From Raja brachyura (taxonomy: Eukaryota): 64,000 nt of DNA. The stretch's first letter is position 1. Every line of letters begins with the position of its first letter. The position numbers and the translations under genes were made by a program. The notes below the pieces were generated by a model that was given only the letters and a program-made list of their open reading frames with translations, did no database searches and was not told the DNA's origin. The stretch covers positions 2,418,001 through 2,482,000 of the forward strand of contig OY740827.1 in NCBI GenBank assembly GCA_963514005.1. Direction: 5' to 3'. Below are positions 24,450 through 36,875 of this stretch, one piece after another.

Positions 24450-24815
24450 TACTGAGTAAGTAAGTTTATTGGCCAAGTATTCACATACAAGGAATTTGCC
24501 TTGGTGCTCCGCCCGCAAGTAACAACATGACATGCAGTGACAGTTACAAATGACTCAGAAAACACTAAACATTAATAATAATAAAACATTAATGATAAAA
24601 CGCCATTGATCAAGCATGTGATCCAACAAAATACCAGATCAAAGGGAGGCTACAGATTTTTGGCTGTTGACTAGAGCAACTACTCGTGGATAAAAACTGT
24701 TTTTACGTCGGGCTGTGGCAGCTTTGACAGTCCAGAGTCGCCTTCCAGAAGGAAGTGATTGAAAGAGATTGTGACCAGGGTGAGAGGGGTCAGAGATGAT
24801 CTTGCCCGCTCACTT
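24450..24815 (-). mobile_element. Rex1 LINE 3' fragment
   Basis: Near-identical reverse complement of 16870-17235. Confidence 0.85.
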
Positions 24816-24919
24816 CCTGGCCAGAGCCAGAGTAGGTTTGCAGAGGTTGTGAAGGACTCTTCCCACATTACACCACTCCCTCCACTAAGTCAAAGTCATG
24901 CCCCATCTGAGATAAAAGG

Positions 24920-25096
24920 GGTTAACCATTTGCTGATAAAGGAATACTTCCTTATTTTACTTCCATTTCCTGATGTAAATCTACTCCTCTATATGTTCTT
25001 CACACAGTGACGGCCACAGAGGACGAGGGCACTGGCCCCTTGAGAGTTTGTCAGTCGATACTCCAGAGACGAGCAGCGGACAGGACCCAGGTACGT
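24920..25096 (+). promoter_or_regulatory. Candidate promoter and non-coding first exon, copy 3
   Basis: AAGGAATACTTCCT, ACTTCCAT and TTTCCTG motifs; donor CAG|GTACGT at 25090/25091. Confidence 0.5.
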
Positions 25097-25289
25097 AATT
25101 CTGTGTCTGTAGCTCGTTCCCACAAACAACGACCTGTTTAGTTGAGTTGATTCTATACAGAGCCTGACCACTGAAATACCTTATGTATTTTAGGTAACTG
25201 CAAATGCTGGTTTACACCGAAGATAGACACAAGGCGCTGGAGTAACTCAGCGGAACAGGCAACATATCTGGAGAGTTTAGTTTAGTTTT

Positions 25290-25770
25290 CTTGCTATTGA
25301 GGGAGTGCAGCGTAGGCTCACCAGGTTAATTCCAGGGATGGCGGGACTGATATATGATGAAAGGTTGGGTCGACTGGGCTTGTATTCACTGGAATTTAGA
25401 TGGATGACAGGGGATCTTATAGAAACATGTAGAACAAGAGATTTGACAGGCTCGATACAGGGAAAATATTCCCAATGTTGGGGGAGTCCATAATCAGGGG
25501 TCACAATTTTAACAATAATGGATAGGCCATTTAATACTGAGATGAAAAGCTTTTTCACCCAGATAGTTGTGAATCTGGAATTCTCTGCCACTGTGGAGGC
25601 AATTCACTGGATGTTTTCAAGAGAGAGTTAGATTTAGCTCTGGGGGCTAACGGAATCAAGGGATATGGAGAGAAAGCAGGAACGGGGTACTGATTTTGGA
25701 TGATCAACCATTATCACATTGAATGGCGGTGCTGGCTGGATAGGCTGAATGGCCTACTCCTGCACCTACT
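25290..25770 (+). mobile_element. CR1 LINE 3' fragment
   Basis: QRRLTRLIPGMAGLIYDERLGRLGLYSLEFR plus CR1 3' UTR. Confidence 0.88.
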
Positions 25771-26060
25771 TTCTACATTTATTCTCATGTGTACCGAGGT
25801 ACAGTGAAAAGCTTTTGTTGCGTGCTAACCAGTCAGCGGAAAGGCAACACATTAATACAATGGTTGATAGACACAAAATGCTGGAGTAACTCAGCGGGAC
25901 TGGCAGCATCTCTGGATGGAAAACGCCACCCATTCCTTTTCTCCAGAGATACTGCCTGTCCCGCTGAGTTACTCCAGCATTCTGTGTATCTTCGGTTGAA
26001 ACCAGCATCTGAAGTTCCTTCCTACACATGATTATAATTGTTCCATTCACAGTGTACAGA

Positions 26061-26488
26061 TGAGAATGTGCAGAATTGGGGATACTTTCGGACTAAGGTT
26101 TAAGTATTCGGAATTAAGTTTTTAATTTCTTTATTTTGACATAATTTAGTTAAGTTTCCTGGAAAACATGTGATGTTTAATGCTATTGTAATTCGCTAAG
26201 ATGTATTATGCTGTGTTTAATTGTAATTGGGTAGAAAGATTGTCCCCACCTATATAACCATGTGATACAGTAGTTATTGGTCTCGAATCACCACCCTTTG
26301 TAAGTTGCCTCCCACTGTATCGACCATATATATATGCTAATTCCTTTGTTTTTCCGTGGTCCACTGGGAGGGCTTCCCAGGGTGGTACAGAGAAACCTGG
26401 TCACCATGGTGAAATAAAGGATGATTTAAAGTGTTCTAGTCGGTGTTTTCACTGAATGGACCAAGGGATGTAAATACCGGAATTCTCA
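26061..26488 (+). mobile_element. Solo LTR (428 bp)
   Basis: TGAGAAT...ATTCTCA inverted termini, 4-bp TSD CAGA, and internal AATAAA at about 26413. Confidence 0.85.
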
Positions 26489-26639
26489 CAGATACATGAT
26501 CAGCGAATAATGTTTAGTGCATGGGTTATTACAGAGGTAGAGCATATCACAGAGGTTCAGCACCGCTCTCTGGTTGTGGTATGATGAATCAGTTGCCTGA
26601 TTACAGCAAGGAAGTAACTGTCCCTGAATCTGAAAATCG

Positions 26640-26940
26640 GATGACATTTTGGGTCAAGACTGTTCTTCAGACTGAGAGTCAGGGGAGAGGGTGACACAGA
26701 GATAAGGAAGTGAAAGGTGTGAAAACGAGACAAATGGGATGAAGTACAAGGAAATTGTGGAATAACTCATTGTTAGCTAGGAGAATAGGACAGCAAAGCA
26801 AACAGATAAAATGTAAGCGGGGACAGTCAGACTGGTCTTAGAACTAGGAGGGGGAGGGATGGAGAGAGAGGGAAAGCAAGGGTTACTTGATGTTAGAGAA
26901 GTCAATATTCGTACTGCTGGGGCATAAGTTGCCCAAGTGC
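26640..26940 (-). mobile_element. Penelope-like element 3' fragment
   Basis: Reverse complement of LGNLCPSSTNIDF and the CTGAAGA...GAAA terminal-repeat region. Confidence 0.7.
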
Positions 26941-27033
26941 ACACTACAATCATGGCTGACCTATCTCTCCCTCCTCACTCCATTCTCCTGCCTTCTCCCC
27001 ACTAAATCCGCAATAATCAAGAAGCTATCTATA

Positions 27034-28051
27034 GGTATGTTACAAAACTTACCTTTAGCAGCGCTGCAGTTCTGCCGCTCTCCATGTGTGTGACTTTGGC
27101 GTCTTTCAGTGGGGGGCGGGCTTAAAGTGCCGTTTTTCTCCAGACTGGGCAAATCGATCCATGTCGGGCGATTTCGATGCGGAAGAAAAATCGCTCCGAC
27201 ATTTCATTCATGAAGATATTTTTAAATTACGTTAGATTATTTATTAACTAGAGTAATTTAAAAATCACCTTCAAAAGCCGTGAGCGCCGCCAACGGGAAG
27301 GATTTCGCGTAGGGGAGAAAAAAAGGTACACAGTTTATTTTTATATTAAAAGTTGTTTTTTATGCAGGCTTTAATCATATTTTCATGTTGCGAAAAGGGG
27401 TCCAAAAAAATGTATGAACCAACAGTATTTTTCCTCCCGACTTCACAGCAAACCACAACGTTCCAATCCACCGCATTCCACTAAAAACCCACTCGCTAGT
27501 TGATTTAAATGGCCATTAATTTACAGGCATTAAACACTAAATTCCTTCCATTTGGCCTATAAATTCATGAAAATGAGATTTAAAAATTATGTTATATTGT
27601 GGATTATTGTGTAAATGTTATTTGGACACAGGCAATTAAAAAAAAGTTTATCTTTTCTTAAGAAATGGATAGATGTTTAGATCTACTCATTGAATTTTGT
27701 AATTAGCTACAATTAGATAACTAACTAATTATATGCTTTAATTTCAGGTCATCCAAGTAAGATTGTTTCATATTTGTTTCAGAATGCTTCAATCTATAAT
27801 AACTGAAAATTTCATTGAGTTCTCTTAATTTTTAAGAAAGTTATGGGCTTTTAACTGTTCTTGATCACAGCTTTTGAGTTGTCAATTGAAAGGCGATGGG
27901 GAACAAGATGCTAATTTCCCAGTATGAAAATGGTCATAACTTTTTTAATACTGAAGATATGAAAGTGAATTAGGTGACAAATTAAACTTCTTTTTATGCT
28001 TTACCTGATGGGATAAATTGTAGACTTGATTTTTAAAATATAAAACATTGC
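27034..28051 (+). mobile_element. Non-autonomous DNA transposon (about 1.0 kb), copy 1
   Basis: GGTATGTTACAAAAC...AAAACATTGC termini with TA flanks; interrupts a CR1 and is highly similar to 28720-29736. Confidence 0.8.
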
Positions 28052-28059
28052 TACTATCT

Positions 28060-28500
28060 ATCTCTGCCTTAAAAATATCCAGTGATTAGCCTCCACAGCT
28101 GTCTGTGGCAAAAAAAATCACAGATTCATCACCCTCTGTCTAAAGAAATTCCTCCTCATCAAAGTATTGGAATGTCCTTCAATACTGAGGCTGTGACCTC
28201 TGGTCCTAGACTCTCCCGCTAGTGGAAACATCCTCTTCACATCCACTCTATCCATGCCTTTCACTATTTAGTAAGTGACAATGAGATTCCCCCTCATTCT
28301 TATAAACTCCAGCGAGTACAGGCACAGGGCCATCTAACGCTCATCATATGTAAAAACAATCATACCTTGGATCATTCTCATAAACCTTCTCTGGACTCTC
28401 TCCAATGCCAGTACGTCCTTCCTGATATATTGGGCCCAAAACTGCTCCCAATACGCCATATGCGATCTGTCCAGTGAGTTATAATGCCTCAGCATTAAAT
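28060..28500 (-). mobile_element. CR1 LINE fragment
   Basis: QFWAQYIRKDVLALERVQRRFMRMI. Confidence 0.85.
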
Positions 28501-28719
28501 CATTTTGGTCACTATCTCTGAATGGTTCTTGTACGTGAATCACCCTGACCAAATCCGGTTTATTACACAAACGTTTTGTGGAATTGACAGTACCATGGGA
28601 AAATGGTGTTGGAGAAGCTTATGAGATGAAAAAGAGCAAGTACTAAAGCTGCCCAGAATGGCTGGAAGACCAAGACTTTCCCTGTAGAAGTGGGACACAG
28701 GGGATTAATGCTACATCTA

Positions 28720-29736
28720 GGTATATTGCAAAACTTACCTTTAGCGGCGCTGCAGTTCTGCCGCTCCCCGTGTGCGTGACTTTAGCGCCTTTCAGAGGGG
28801 GGCGGGCTTAAAGTGCCGTTTTTCAACAGACCTGGATAATCGATGAATGTCGGGCGATTTCGTTGCGGAAGAAAAATCGCTCCGACATTTCATCAATGAA
28901 GGTATTTTTAAATTACTCTAAATGATTTGTTAACTAGAGTAATTTAAAAATCACCTTCAAAAGCCGTGAGCACTGACAACCGGAAGGATTTTCCGTAGGG
29001 GAGAAAAAAAGGTAAATAGTTCATTTTTATATTAAAAGTTGGTTTTTCGGGAGGCTTTAATAATATTTTTATGTTGCGAAATGGGGTCCCCAAAAATGTA
29101 TGAACAAACAGTATTTTTTCCCCCCCGACTTCACCGCTAACCGCAACGTTCCAATCCACCGCATTCCACTAAAACCCACTCGCTAGTTGATTTAAATGGC
29201 CATTAATTTACAGGCATAAATTCCTTCCATTTGGCCCAGAAATTCATGAAAATGAGATTTAAAAATTATGTTATATTGTGGATTATTGTGTGAATGTTAT
29301 TTGGACACTTAGGCAATTAAAAAAAAGTTTATCTTTTCTTAAGAAATGGATAGATGTTTAGATCTACTCATTGAATTTTGTAATTAGCTACAATTAGATA
29401 ACTAACTAATTATATGCTTTAATTTCAGGTAATCCAAGTAAGATAGTTTAATATTTGTTTCAGAATGCTTCAATCTATAATAACTGAAAATTTCATTGAG
29501 TTCTCTTAATTTTTAAGAAAGTTATGGGCTTTTAACTTCCAGATCACAGCTTTTGAGTTAAGTCAATTGAAAGGCAATGGGGAGCAAGATGCTAATTTCC
29601 GAGTATGAAAATGGTCATAACTTTCTTAATACTGAAGATATGAAAGTAAATTAGAAATTAAACTTCTTTTTATGCTTTATCTGATGGGATAAATTGCAGA
29701 CTTGATTTTTTAAATCTCAAAATTTTGTAACATTGC
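28720..29736 (+). mobile_element. Non-autonomous DNA transposon (about 1.0 kb), copy 2
   Basis: GGTATATTGCAAAAC...TTTTGTAACATTGC termini with TA flanks; direct copy of 27034-28051. Confidence 0.8.
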
Positions 29737-29811
29737 TACTCCATCTACAGTATGTTGAAGAAAATGGGGGCAAGGGGTGGGTGGAGGGACCTAAAGCAGC
29801 CCCGCCCAACC

Positions 29812-29892
29812 CTGCCCCAAGCAGCAGCCCCGCCCCAAGCAGCAACCCCGCCCCAAGCAGCAACCCCGCCCCAAGCAGCAATCCAACCCCAG
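29812..29892. repeat. 18-bp tandem repeat (about 4 units), followed by C/A-rich low complexity to about 30520
   Basis: GCCCCAAGCAGCA(A/G)CCCC units. Confidence 0.85.
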
Positions 29893-30814
29893 ACTGGACT
29901 GTGCAGCGGGCCTGAAGCCTCCACGTTGCTCACTCCTCCCACCACTCTGTTGTTAACGGAACTGGGTCCTAGTGCCCGTCTCCCCATCCCCGGTGACCTC
30001 AGTGGCTATTCGACTGGGTCTTCCCCATCCCCCTCCTACCATGTAACCCCTGCTCTTTCCCACCCACACCACAGCCCCCATACCCCCCCACCCCCTGACC
30101 ACCCTCCACCCCCCCCACCACACAACGCTCCGTCCTCAGTCCACTCACCTGCCTTCCTCCAGCCACAACCCCCATCCCTGCCGCGTGTTCACCATCCCCC
30201 CCGGACCTCCCCCTCTCCGACACCGAAAGGTCGGTCCTCAGCAGAGGTCTTATCTTTGTCCCCCTCCGTCCCCACCTCAATGAGTTCCGCGCCCACCACG
30301 ACTTGGAGCTCTTCTACCGTCGCCTCCGCCCACACACACCCCCCCGCCCACACCTCCCCACCGCCCACACCTCCCCACCGCCCACACACACCCCCCCCGC
30401 CCACACACCCTCTCCCGCCCACACCTCCCCACCGCCCACACACACCCCCGCACACACACACCCCTCTCCGCCCACACTCCCCCACCGTCCACACACCCCC
30501 TACACCGCCCCCCCCCCCACTTATTCCTGGGATCGTTCTCGTAAACCTCCTCTGGATCCTCTCCAGAGCCAGCACATCCTTCCTCAAATGTGGGACTGAA
30601 AACTCTTTTTTCCAGTGATGTTGGGGGGGGGGGGGGAGGGCGGAATTTCTGCAACCTTCATATTGAGTCATAGAGCAGGGGAACAAGTCTTTCGGCCCAT
30701 CTCATTCATACTGACCAAGAAACCCCATTCAAACCAGTCCCATTTTCCTGCATTTTGCCCGTATCCCACTAAACCGATCCTGTCCACATTCTGCGTAAGT
30801 GTCTTTTAAAAGAA

Positions 30815-31195
30815 GGCACGGTGGCGCAGCGGTAAAGTTGATGCCTCACAGCGCCATGGACCCGGGTTCAATCCTGACTACGGGTGCTGTCTGGACGGAG
30901 TTTGTATGTTCTCCCAATGACTTGTGTGGATTTATCCGAGATCTTCGGTTTCCACCCACTGTTCAGATTTGTAGATTAATTAGCCAGGTGTAAGTATAAA
31001 TTGTCCCTAGCGTGTGTTGGATAGTGTTAGTGTGCAGGGTGATTGAGAGTCAGCGTGGATTCAGTGGGCCGAAGGGCCTGTTTCTGCGCTGTATCTCTAG
31101 ACTAAACATAGAACTAGTGTGTGACCGGGCGATCAATGGTCGGCTCAGTCTCGGTGGTCCGAAGGGCTTGTTTGCGCGCTGTATCTCTAAATTAA
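30815..31195 (+). mobile_element. Full-length HE1-type tRNA-derived SINE with duplicated CR1-derived tail
   Basis: A-box TGGCGCAGCGG, B-box GGTTCAATCC, and two tail copies GG(G/T)CCGAAGGGC(C/T)TGTTT. Confidence 0.85.
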
Positions 31196-31416
31196 CTAAT
31201 CGTACTTGCTTCAAATACTTCCTCTGGCAGCTTGTTCCACTTGCCCACCCAACACCTCACCAACTTCTGTTTGAATAGCCTACTTTAGTAATGATCAGCT
31301 TAGAGCCCGAGGCAGGGTTCCTCAGTCACCTTCCTGAGTTCATGTACCAGGCACTTTGTGGAACTTTTCTAGTTGAGAGATACAGCACTCCTCGAAGGCA
31401 TGAGATTCCTCCTAGC

Positions 31417-32285
31417 AGGCAAATCAGACCATTTCAAAAAAGATCTGGTCTCCTTTTATCGACTTATTACAAGCATAGGGTGCAACACAACTTTGAAAAT
31501 AAACGGTTTCAGGACCTGGTGAGGGGTGTGTAAAGATATGGAGTAGGTACATCCCCTTTATCTTATTTTACTTTCTTATATTTTCTGTTTTCGATTTTTC
31601 TTTGTTTTTTCCTTTGGTTTTCATTTTTTTATTTGTTCTCGTGTTTAAAGGGCCTGTCCCACTAGCGCGCGATTAGACGCGACAAGCGCGACCTACCGTG
31701 GTCGCTTTAGTCGCCCGGCCTCGCGTGACCCTGTCCCACTGCGATCGCCGGAGTCTCGTCGAGTTGTGTGTAGCTGGTGTCGACATCGCGCGTAGTGTCC
31801 AAAAACCGACACTGCTCAAAAAATTACGCGCGGCAAAATCCTGTCGCGCAGAACGTGATTAACGTGATGACGTTTTGACGTTGTGCGTCTTCAGCGTGGC
31901 GTTGCGTGATGACGTCACTGCCCGACGTCGTGCAACGCGCATGCTCATGCGCATCGTCACGTGATGAAAAATAACGTCCTTCCTTCGGACGTCGCGCGTG
32001 TAATCGCGCGCTAGTGGGACAGGCCCTTCACTCGCACCGGGATCGCCTGACCCCCACGCGACCCCCGCGTCCGAATTTGTCACGTTTGTCGCGTCTAATC
32101 GCGCGCTAGTGGGACAGGCCCTTTACGCTTCTATGGGTTTTTCCTGATCACTCTTTCACGCATTTACTATCTTATCTAACTTTCTCTATTCTTCTTTTTA
32201 AAGTTTAAAACAAGAAGTGCTACAGGAAATGTATTATGTTTTTTTTGGCTTATATCATTATTTCTAATAAATAAAATTTAAAAAG
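31417..32285 (+). mobile_element. L1-clade LINE 3' end
   Basis: Homologous to 530-937 (RFLLAGKSDHF...WSPFIDLLQA*); ends AATAAATAAAATTTAAAA. Confidence 0.75.
31649..32122. mobile_element. PIF/Harbinger MITE with a nested second copy
   Basis: TIRs AGGGCCTGTCCCACTAGCGCGCGATTAGACGCGACAA. An extra internal right TIR ends at about 32027 and an internal left-end remnant lies at about 31728. Confidence 0.85.
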
Positions 32286-32645
32286 AGATACCAGCGCGGA
32301 AACAGGCCTTTCGGCCCACAGAGTCCTGGCCGACAATCGATCACCCGTTCACACACTAGTTCTATGTTTAGTTTAGAGATGCAGTGCGGAAACATGCCCT
32401 TCGGCCCAAGCCGACCAGCGATCACCACACACCAATGCTGTCCTACACACATTCGGGACAAATATTTTTTTTTACCAAAGCCTAATTAATCTACAAACAT
32501 GTACATCGTTGATGTGTGGGAGGAACCCGGAGAAAACCCAGGCAGGTCATGGGAAGAAGGTAGAAACTCCGTACTGACAAGCACACGTAGTTAGTATCAA
32601 AGCTGGTTCTGTGAGGGCGCAACTTTACCACTGCGCCACAGTGCC
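32286..32645 (-). mobile_element. HE1-type SINE
   Basis: Reverse complement of GGCACTGTGGCGCAGTGG... with a duplicated tail. Confidence 0.75.
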
Positions 32646-32647
32646 AA

Positions 32648-34876
32648 TAGACAATATAGACAATAGACAATAGGTGCAGGAGGAGGCCATTCGGCCCTTC
32701 AAGCCAGCACCGCCATTCAATGTGATCATGGCTGATCATCCCCAATCAGTACCCCGTTCCTGCCTTCTCCCCATATCCCCTGACTCGGCTATCTTTAAGA
32801 GCCCTATCTAGCTCTCTCTTGAAAGCATCCAGAGAACCGGCCTCTACCGCCCTCTGAGGCAGAGAATTCCACAGACTCACCACTCTCTGTGAGAAAAAGT
32901 GTTTCCTCGTCTCCGTGGCTTACTCCTTATTCTTAAACTGTGTGTGGCCCCTGGTTCTGGACTCCCCCAACATCGGGAACATGTTTCCTGCCTCTAGTGT
33001 GTCCAAGCCCTTAACAATCTTATATGTTTCAATGAGATATCCTCTCATCCTTCTAAACTCCACAGTGCCACTCTTAAGTGTGAAGGGGAATGAAGAGAGT
33101 GTTTAATTCTCGTGCCCCCAGGAATGGAACAATTAAATTCTTGCTTGCTGCAACCTTACGGGCCTGTTAACAGATCAACATATAGTTAAAAATACACGAA
33201 TCACTCGTAAAATGAATTGTCACTAATACAGGTCCATCTCTGATTTTCTGGCAACTGTTGTTCTGGGACCTCCTTTAACCTGGACAAAATTACAACAGCG
33301 CATTTGAAATCCACCCCGACTTGCTCTCCCCCCCCCCCCCCCAACCTCCCCCAGAGGTTTACAAAAATAATCCCTGGGATGAGTGCGTTAACGTACGATG
33401 AGCATTTGTCGACACTGGGCCTGTGCTCGCTGGAGTTTAGAAGGATGATGGGGAACCTCATTGAAACGTACAGAGTAGTGAAAGGCCTGGATAGAGTGGA
33501 TGTGGAGAGGATGTTTCCACTAGTGAGAGAGTCTAGGACCAGAGGGAACAGCCTCAGAATAAAAGGACGCACCTTTTGAAAGATGAGGATTTTCTTGAGT
33601 CAGAGGGCGGTGAATCTGTGGAATTCTTTGCACAGACGGCTGTGGAGGCCACAAGTCAGTGGATATTGTTAAGGCAGAGATAGATATATTCTTGATTAGT
33701 GCGGGTGTCGGGTTATGGGGACAAGGCAGGAGAATGGTATTAAGATGGAAAGATAGATTTACAATAAACAATAGACAACAGGTGCAGCAGTAGGCCATTC
33801 GGCCCTTCCAGCCAGCACTGCCATTCAATGTGATCATGGCTGATCATCCACAATCAGTACCCCATTCCTGCCTTCTCCACATATCCCCTGACTCCGCTAT
33901 GTTTAAGAGCCCTATCTAGCTCTCTCTTGAAAGCATCCAGAGAACCTGCCTCCACCGCCCTCTGAGGCAGAGAATTCCACAGACTCACCATTTTCTGTGA
34001 GAAATAGTGTTTCCTCGTCTCCGTTCTAAATGGCTTACTCCTTATTCTTAAACTGTGTGTGGCCCCTGGTTCTGGACTCCCCCAACATCGGGAACATGTT
34101 TCCTGCCTCTAGCGTGTCCAAGCCCTTAACAATCTTATATGTTTCAATGAGATATCCTCTCATCCTTCTAAATTCCAGAGTGTATAAGCCCAGCCGCTCC
34201 ATTCTCTCAGCAGACTTGATTGGCCATGATTGAATTCCGATTTTATCCCAATGAGTAATAATCTCTTTTTCCAAGAGAGTGGAAATAAAGGGGCTTCTTC
34301 ACGTTGTCTGTCAGGATCATTTAAACCCAATGAGTGGAGAATGAGGTGACCGCGGCTGAGAAAGGAATTCAAAGACAGCCACGGTCACCGTGAAACTTAA
34401 AGAGAATTCGTATTACATGGCTACGATTAGCGGGAAGTCTGAGGACTGGGATGCTTTTATAAACATAGGTCTTTATTCTTTGGAGCGCAGAAGGTTAAGG
34501 GGGGACTTGACAGAGGTCTTTAAAATGATGAGAGGGATAGAGAGAGTTGACGTGGATAAGGTTTTACCATTGAGAGTAGGGAAGATTCAAACAAGTGGAC
34601 ATGATTTGAGAATTAAGGGACAAAGGTTTAGGGGTAACATGAGGGGGAACTTCTTTACTCAGAGGGTGGTGGCTGTGTGGAATGAGCTTCCAGTGGAAGT
34701 GGTGGAGGCAGGTTCCATTTTATCATTTATAAATAAATTGGATATGTATATGAATGGGAAAGGAATGGAGGGTTATGGTCTGAGTGCAGGTAGATGGGAC
34801 TAGGTGAGAGTAAGTGTTCGGCACGGACTAGAAGGGCCGAGATGGCCTGTTTCCGTGCTGGAATTGTTATATGGTT
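32648..34876. mobile_element. Cluster of CR1 3' fragments (32648-33062 -, 33350-33760 +, 33765-34210 -, 34465-34876 +)
   Basis: Repeated LEFRRMRG.LIETYKI and FFTQRVV..WN.LP motifs. Confidence 0.88.
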
Positions 34877-34924
34877 AAACCAGTTCGATGCTGAGATGCA
34901 TATCACGGGTGCACCATCGATTTT

Positions 34925-35215
34925 AGTTTAGTTTACAGATACAGTGCGGAAATAGGCTCTAAGGCCCACCGAGTCAGTGATCACCGCACATTAACGCTAT
35001 CCTACACACACTGGGGACAATTTACACTGATACCAAGCCAATTAACCGACAAACCTGCACGTCTTTGGAGTGCGGGAGGAAACCAAAGTTCCCGGAGAAA
35101 ACCCACGCAGTTCACGGGGAGAACGTACAAACTCCGTACGGACAGCACCCGTAGTCTGGATCGAACCCAGGTCTCTGACGCTGAAAGTGCTATAAGGAAG
35201 CAACTCTACCGCTGT
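34925..35215 (-). mobile_element. HE1-type SINE
   Basis: B-box GGTTCGATCC on the minus strand plus SINE body. Confidence 0.78.
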
Positions 35216-35669
35216 GCAACTGTTTCTCGGAACCTCCTGTAATTCGGACAAAATTACGAGAACGCACTTGAAATTCCACCCCCGTGCCCTCTCCCAAATT
35301 ACCCACGAAAATGTGGTGCCTAGGCCGGGTGAGGCAGCCGATCTCGACGTCTTCGGGAATTCCATGGCCAATCGGCGGCTCGAATCTGCCCCCTGCGGCC
35401 GGGGTTCTGGAACTCCGTCCGGAGCCGTCAGTTCCGTTCTCATAGCCGAATTTGCAGGGCAACTTTACAAGCCGGTATCTCGGCTCCTCAGCAGTCAAGG
35501 TTGAAAGTTCCGGTACTGTTGCACTCCTCTCAGAGGCCGTGACCACTGTTTGTAAGTGTGGACTGCAGATGCTGGTTTTCTCCGAGGTCTTCGGTTTCCT
35601 CCCACACTCCAAAGACGTACTGGATTGTTGGTTAATTGGCTTGTTATAAGTGTAAAATTGTTTGGGTCT

Positions 35670-36057
35670 GCATGAGAATGCAGGGTGACTCGGACAGGTT
35701 GGGGGAGTGGGCAGATGCATGGCAGATTAAGTTTAATGCGGATAAATGTGAGGTTATCCACTTTGGTAGCAAAAACAGGAAGGCAGATTACTATCTAAAT
35801 GGTGTCAAGTTGGGAAAAGGGGAAGTACAATGGGATCTGGGGGTCCTTGTTCATCAGTCTATGAAAGTAAGCAAGCAGGTACAGCAGGCAGTGAAGAAAG
35901 AGAATGGCATGTTGGCCTTTATAACAAGAGGAATCGAATATAAGAGCATAGAGGTCCTACTGCAGTTGTACAGAGCCCTAGTGAGACCACACCTGGAGTA
36001 TTGTGTGCAGTTTTGGTCACCTAATTTGAGGAAGGACATTCGTGCTATTAAGGGAGT
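35670..36057 (+). mobile_element. CR1 RT fragment
   Basis: WQIKFNADKCEVIHFG...DLGVLVH...LVRPHLEYCVQFWSP. Confidence 0.9.
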
Positions 36058-36207
36058 TTCTCCAGCATGTTGTGTCTATGGTGTAGGAAGAAACAGCATC
36101 TGCACTTTCTTCCTATACAGCAATTCAACTAGATTGGTGGCTGGAGTTTTACTGCAATTATTTTCTCTTCCAGATCGGGTAACTGACGGGATATCTGGGA
36201 TCGGACA

Positions 36208-36247
36208 ATGATCGGGAGATCGTTCTTCCTCCTCTCCCTTCTCCAAG
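36208..36247 (+). CDS. Siglec-like gene: signal-peptide exon (exon 36174-36247)
   Basis: Acceptor TTTTCTCTTCCAG|36174, ATG at 36208 encoding MIGRSFFLLSLLQ, and phase-1 donor AAG|GTACC. Splices in frame to the V exon to give MIGRSFFLLSLLQAVVLG-QWS. Confidence 0.8.
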
Positions 36248-36354
36248 GTACCATCAGCAGCAACTCAGAAGTGTTTACGGGCGAGGAGGCTTTTACTGGT
36301 TGGCTGCCAGTGACTAGCGGAGTTCCGCAGGGGTCGGTGCTGGGACCGCTATGA

Positions 36355-36875
36355 TCCTTTCGCTGAACACCTTCACTCAGTCCGCCTGGACCTACCTGAA
36401 CTCCCGGTTGCCAAACACTTTAATTCCCCTTCCCATTCCCACATTGATCTTTCTGTCCTAGTTCTCCTCCGCTGTCAGAATGAGGCCAAATGCAAATTGG
36501 AGGAACAGCTTCTCATATTTTGCTTGGGCAGCTTACAACCCTGTGGTATGAATATTGATTTCAAGTACTTTCTCTCCGTCCCTATCTCACCCAAGTCCCA
36601 CCAGCTTCTCGTTCTCATCCAACAAGTAGCTAACAATGGCCTGTTTCCTTTATCATCGTTACTGTTTTTGCATCTTTCATTCGTTTGTTCTATATCACTC
36701 TACATTATCATTTACATCTCTCGTTTCCCTTTCCCATGACTTTGAAGCTGAAGAAGGGTCTCAACCTGAAACGTCACCCATTCCTTCTCTCCAGAGATGC
36801 TGTCTGTCCCGCTGAGTTATTCCTGATTTGTGTGTCTATCTTCGGTTTAAACCATCATCTGCAGTTCCTTCCTGT
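36355..36875 (+). mobile_element. Penelope-like element 3' part (GIY-YIG C-terminus and terminal repeat)
   Basis: EHL...LPVAKHFNSPSHSH...KLEEQLLIFCLGSLQPCGMNIDF; CTGAAGAAGGG...GAAACGTC. Confidence 0.85.

Larger units (their letters stand above)
18650..25300 (+). repeat. Three tandem copies of a promoter/non-coding exon module (units start at about 18650, 19455, 21680)
   Basis: Shared blocks TTGGGCAAACGTGCAAATCCAG..., CCACTAAG(A/T)CAAAGTCATGCCCCATC..., and CACACAGTGACGGCC...CCCAG|GTA(C/T)GT. Units 2 and 3 carry later TE insertions. Confidence 0.85.

Noticed and set aside
29752-30618. 288-aa Pro/His-rich ORF
   Set aside because: Made of an 18-bp repeat, C/A-rich low complexity and an antisense CR1 fragment.
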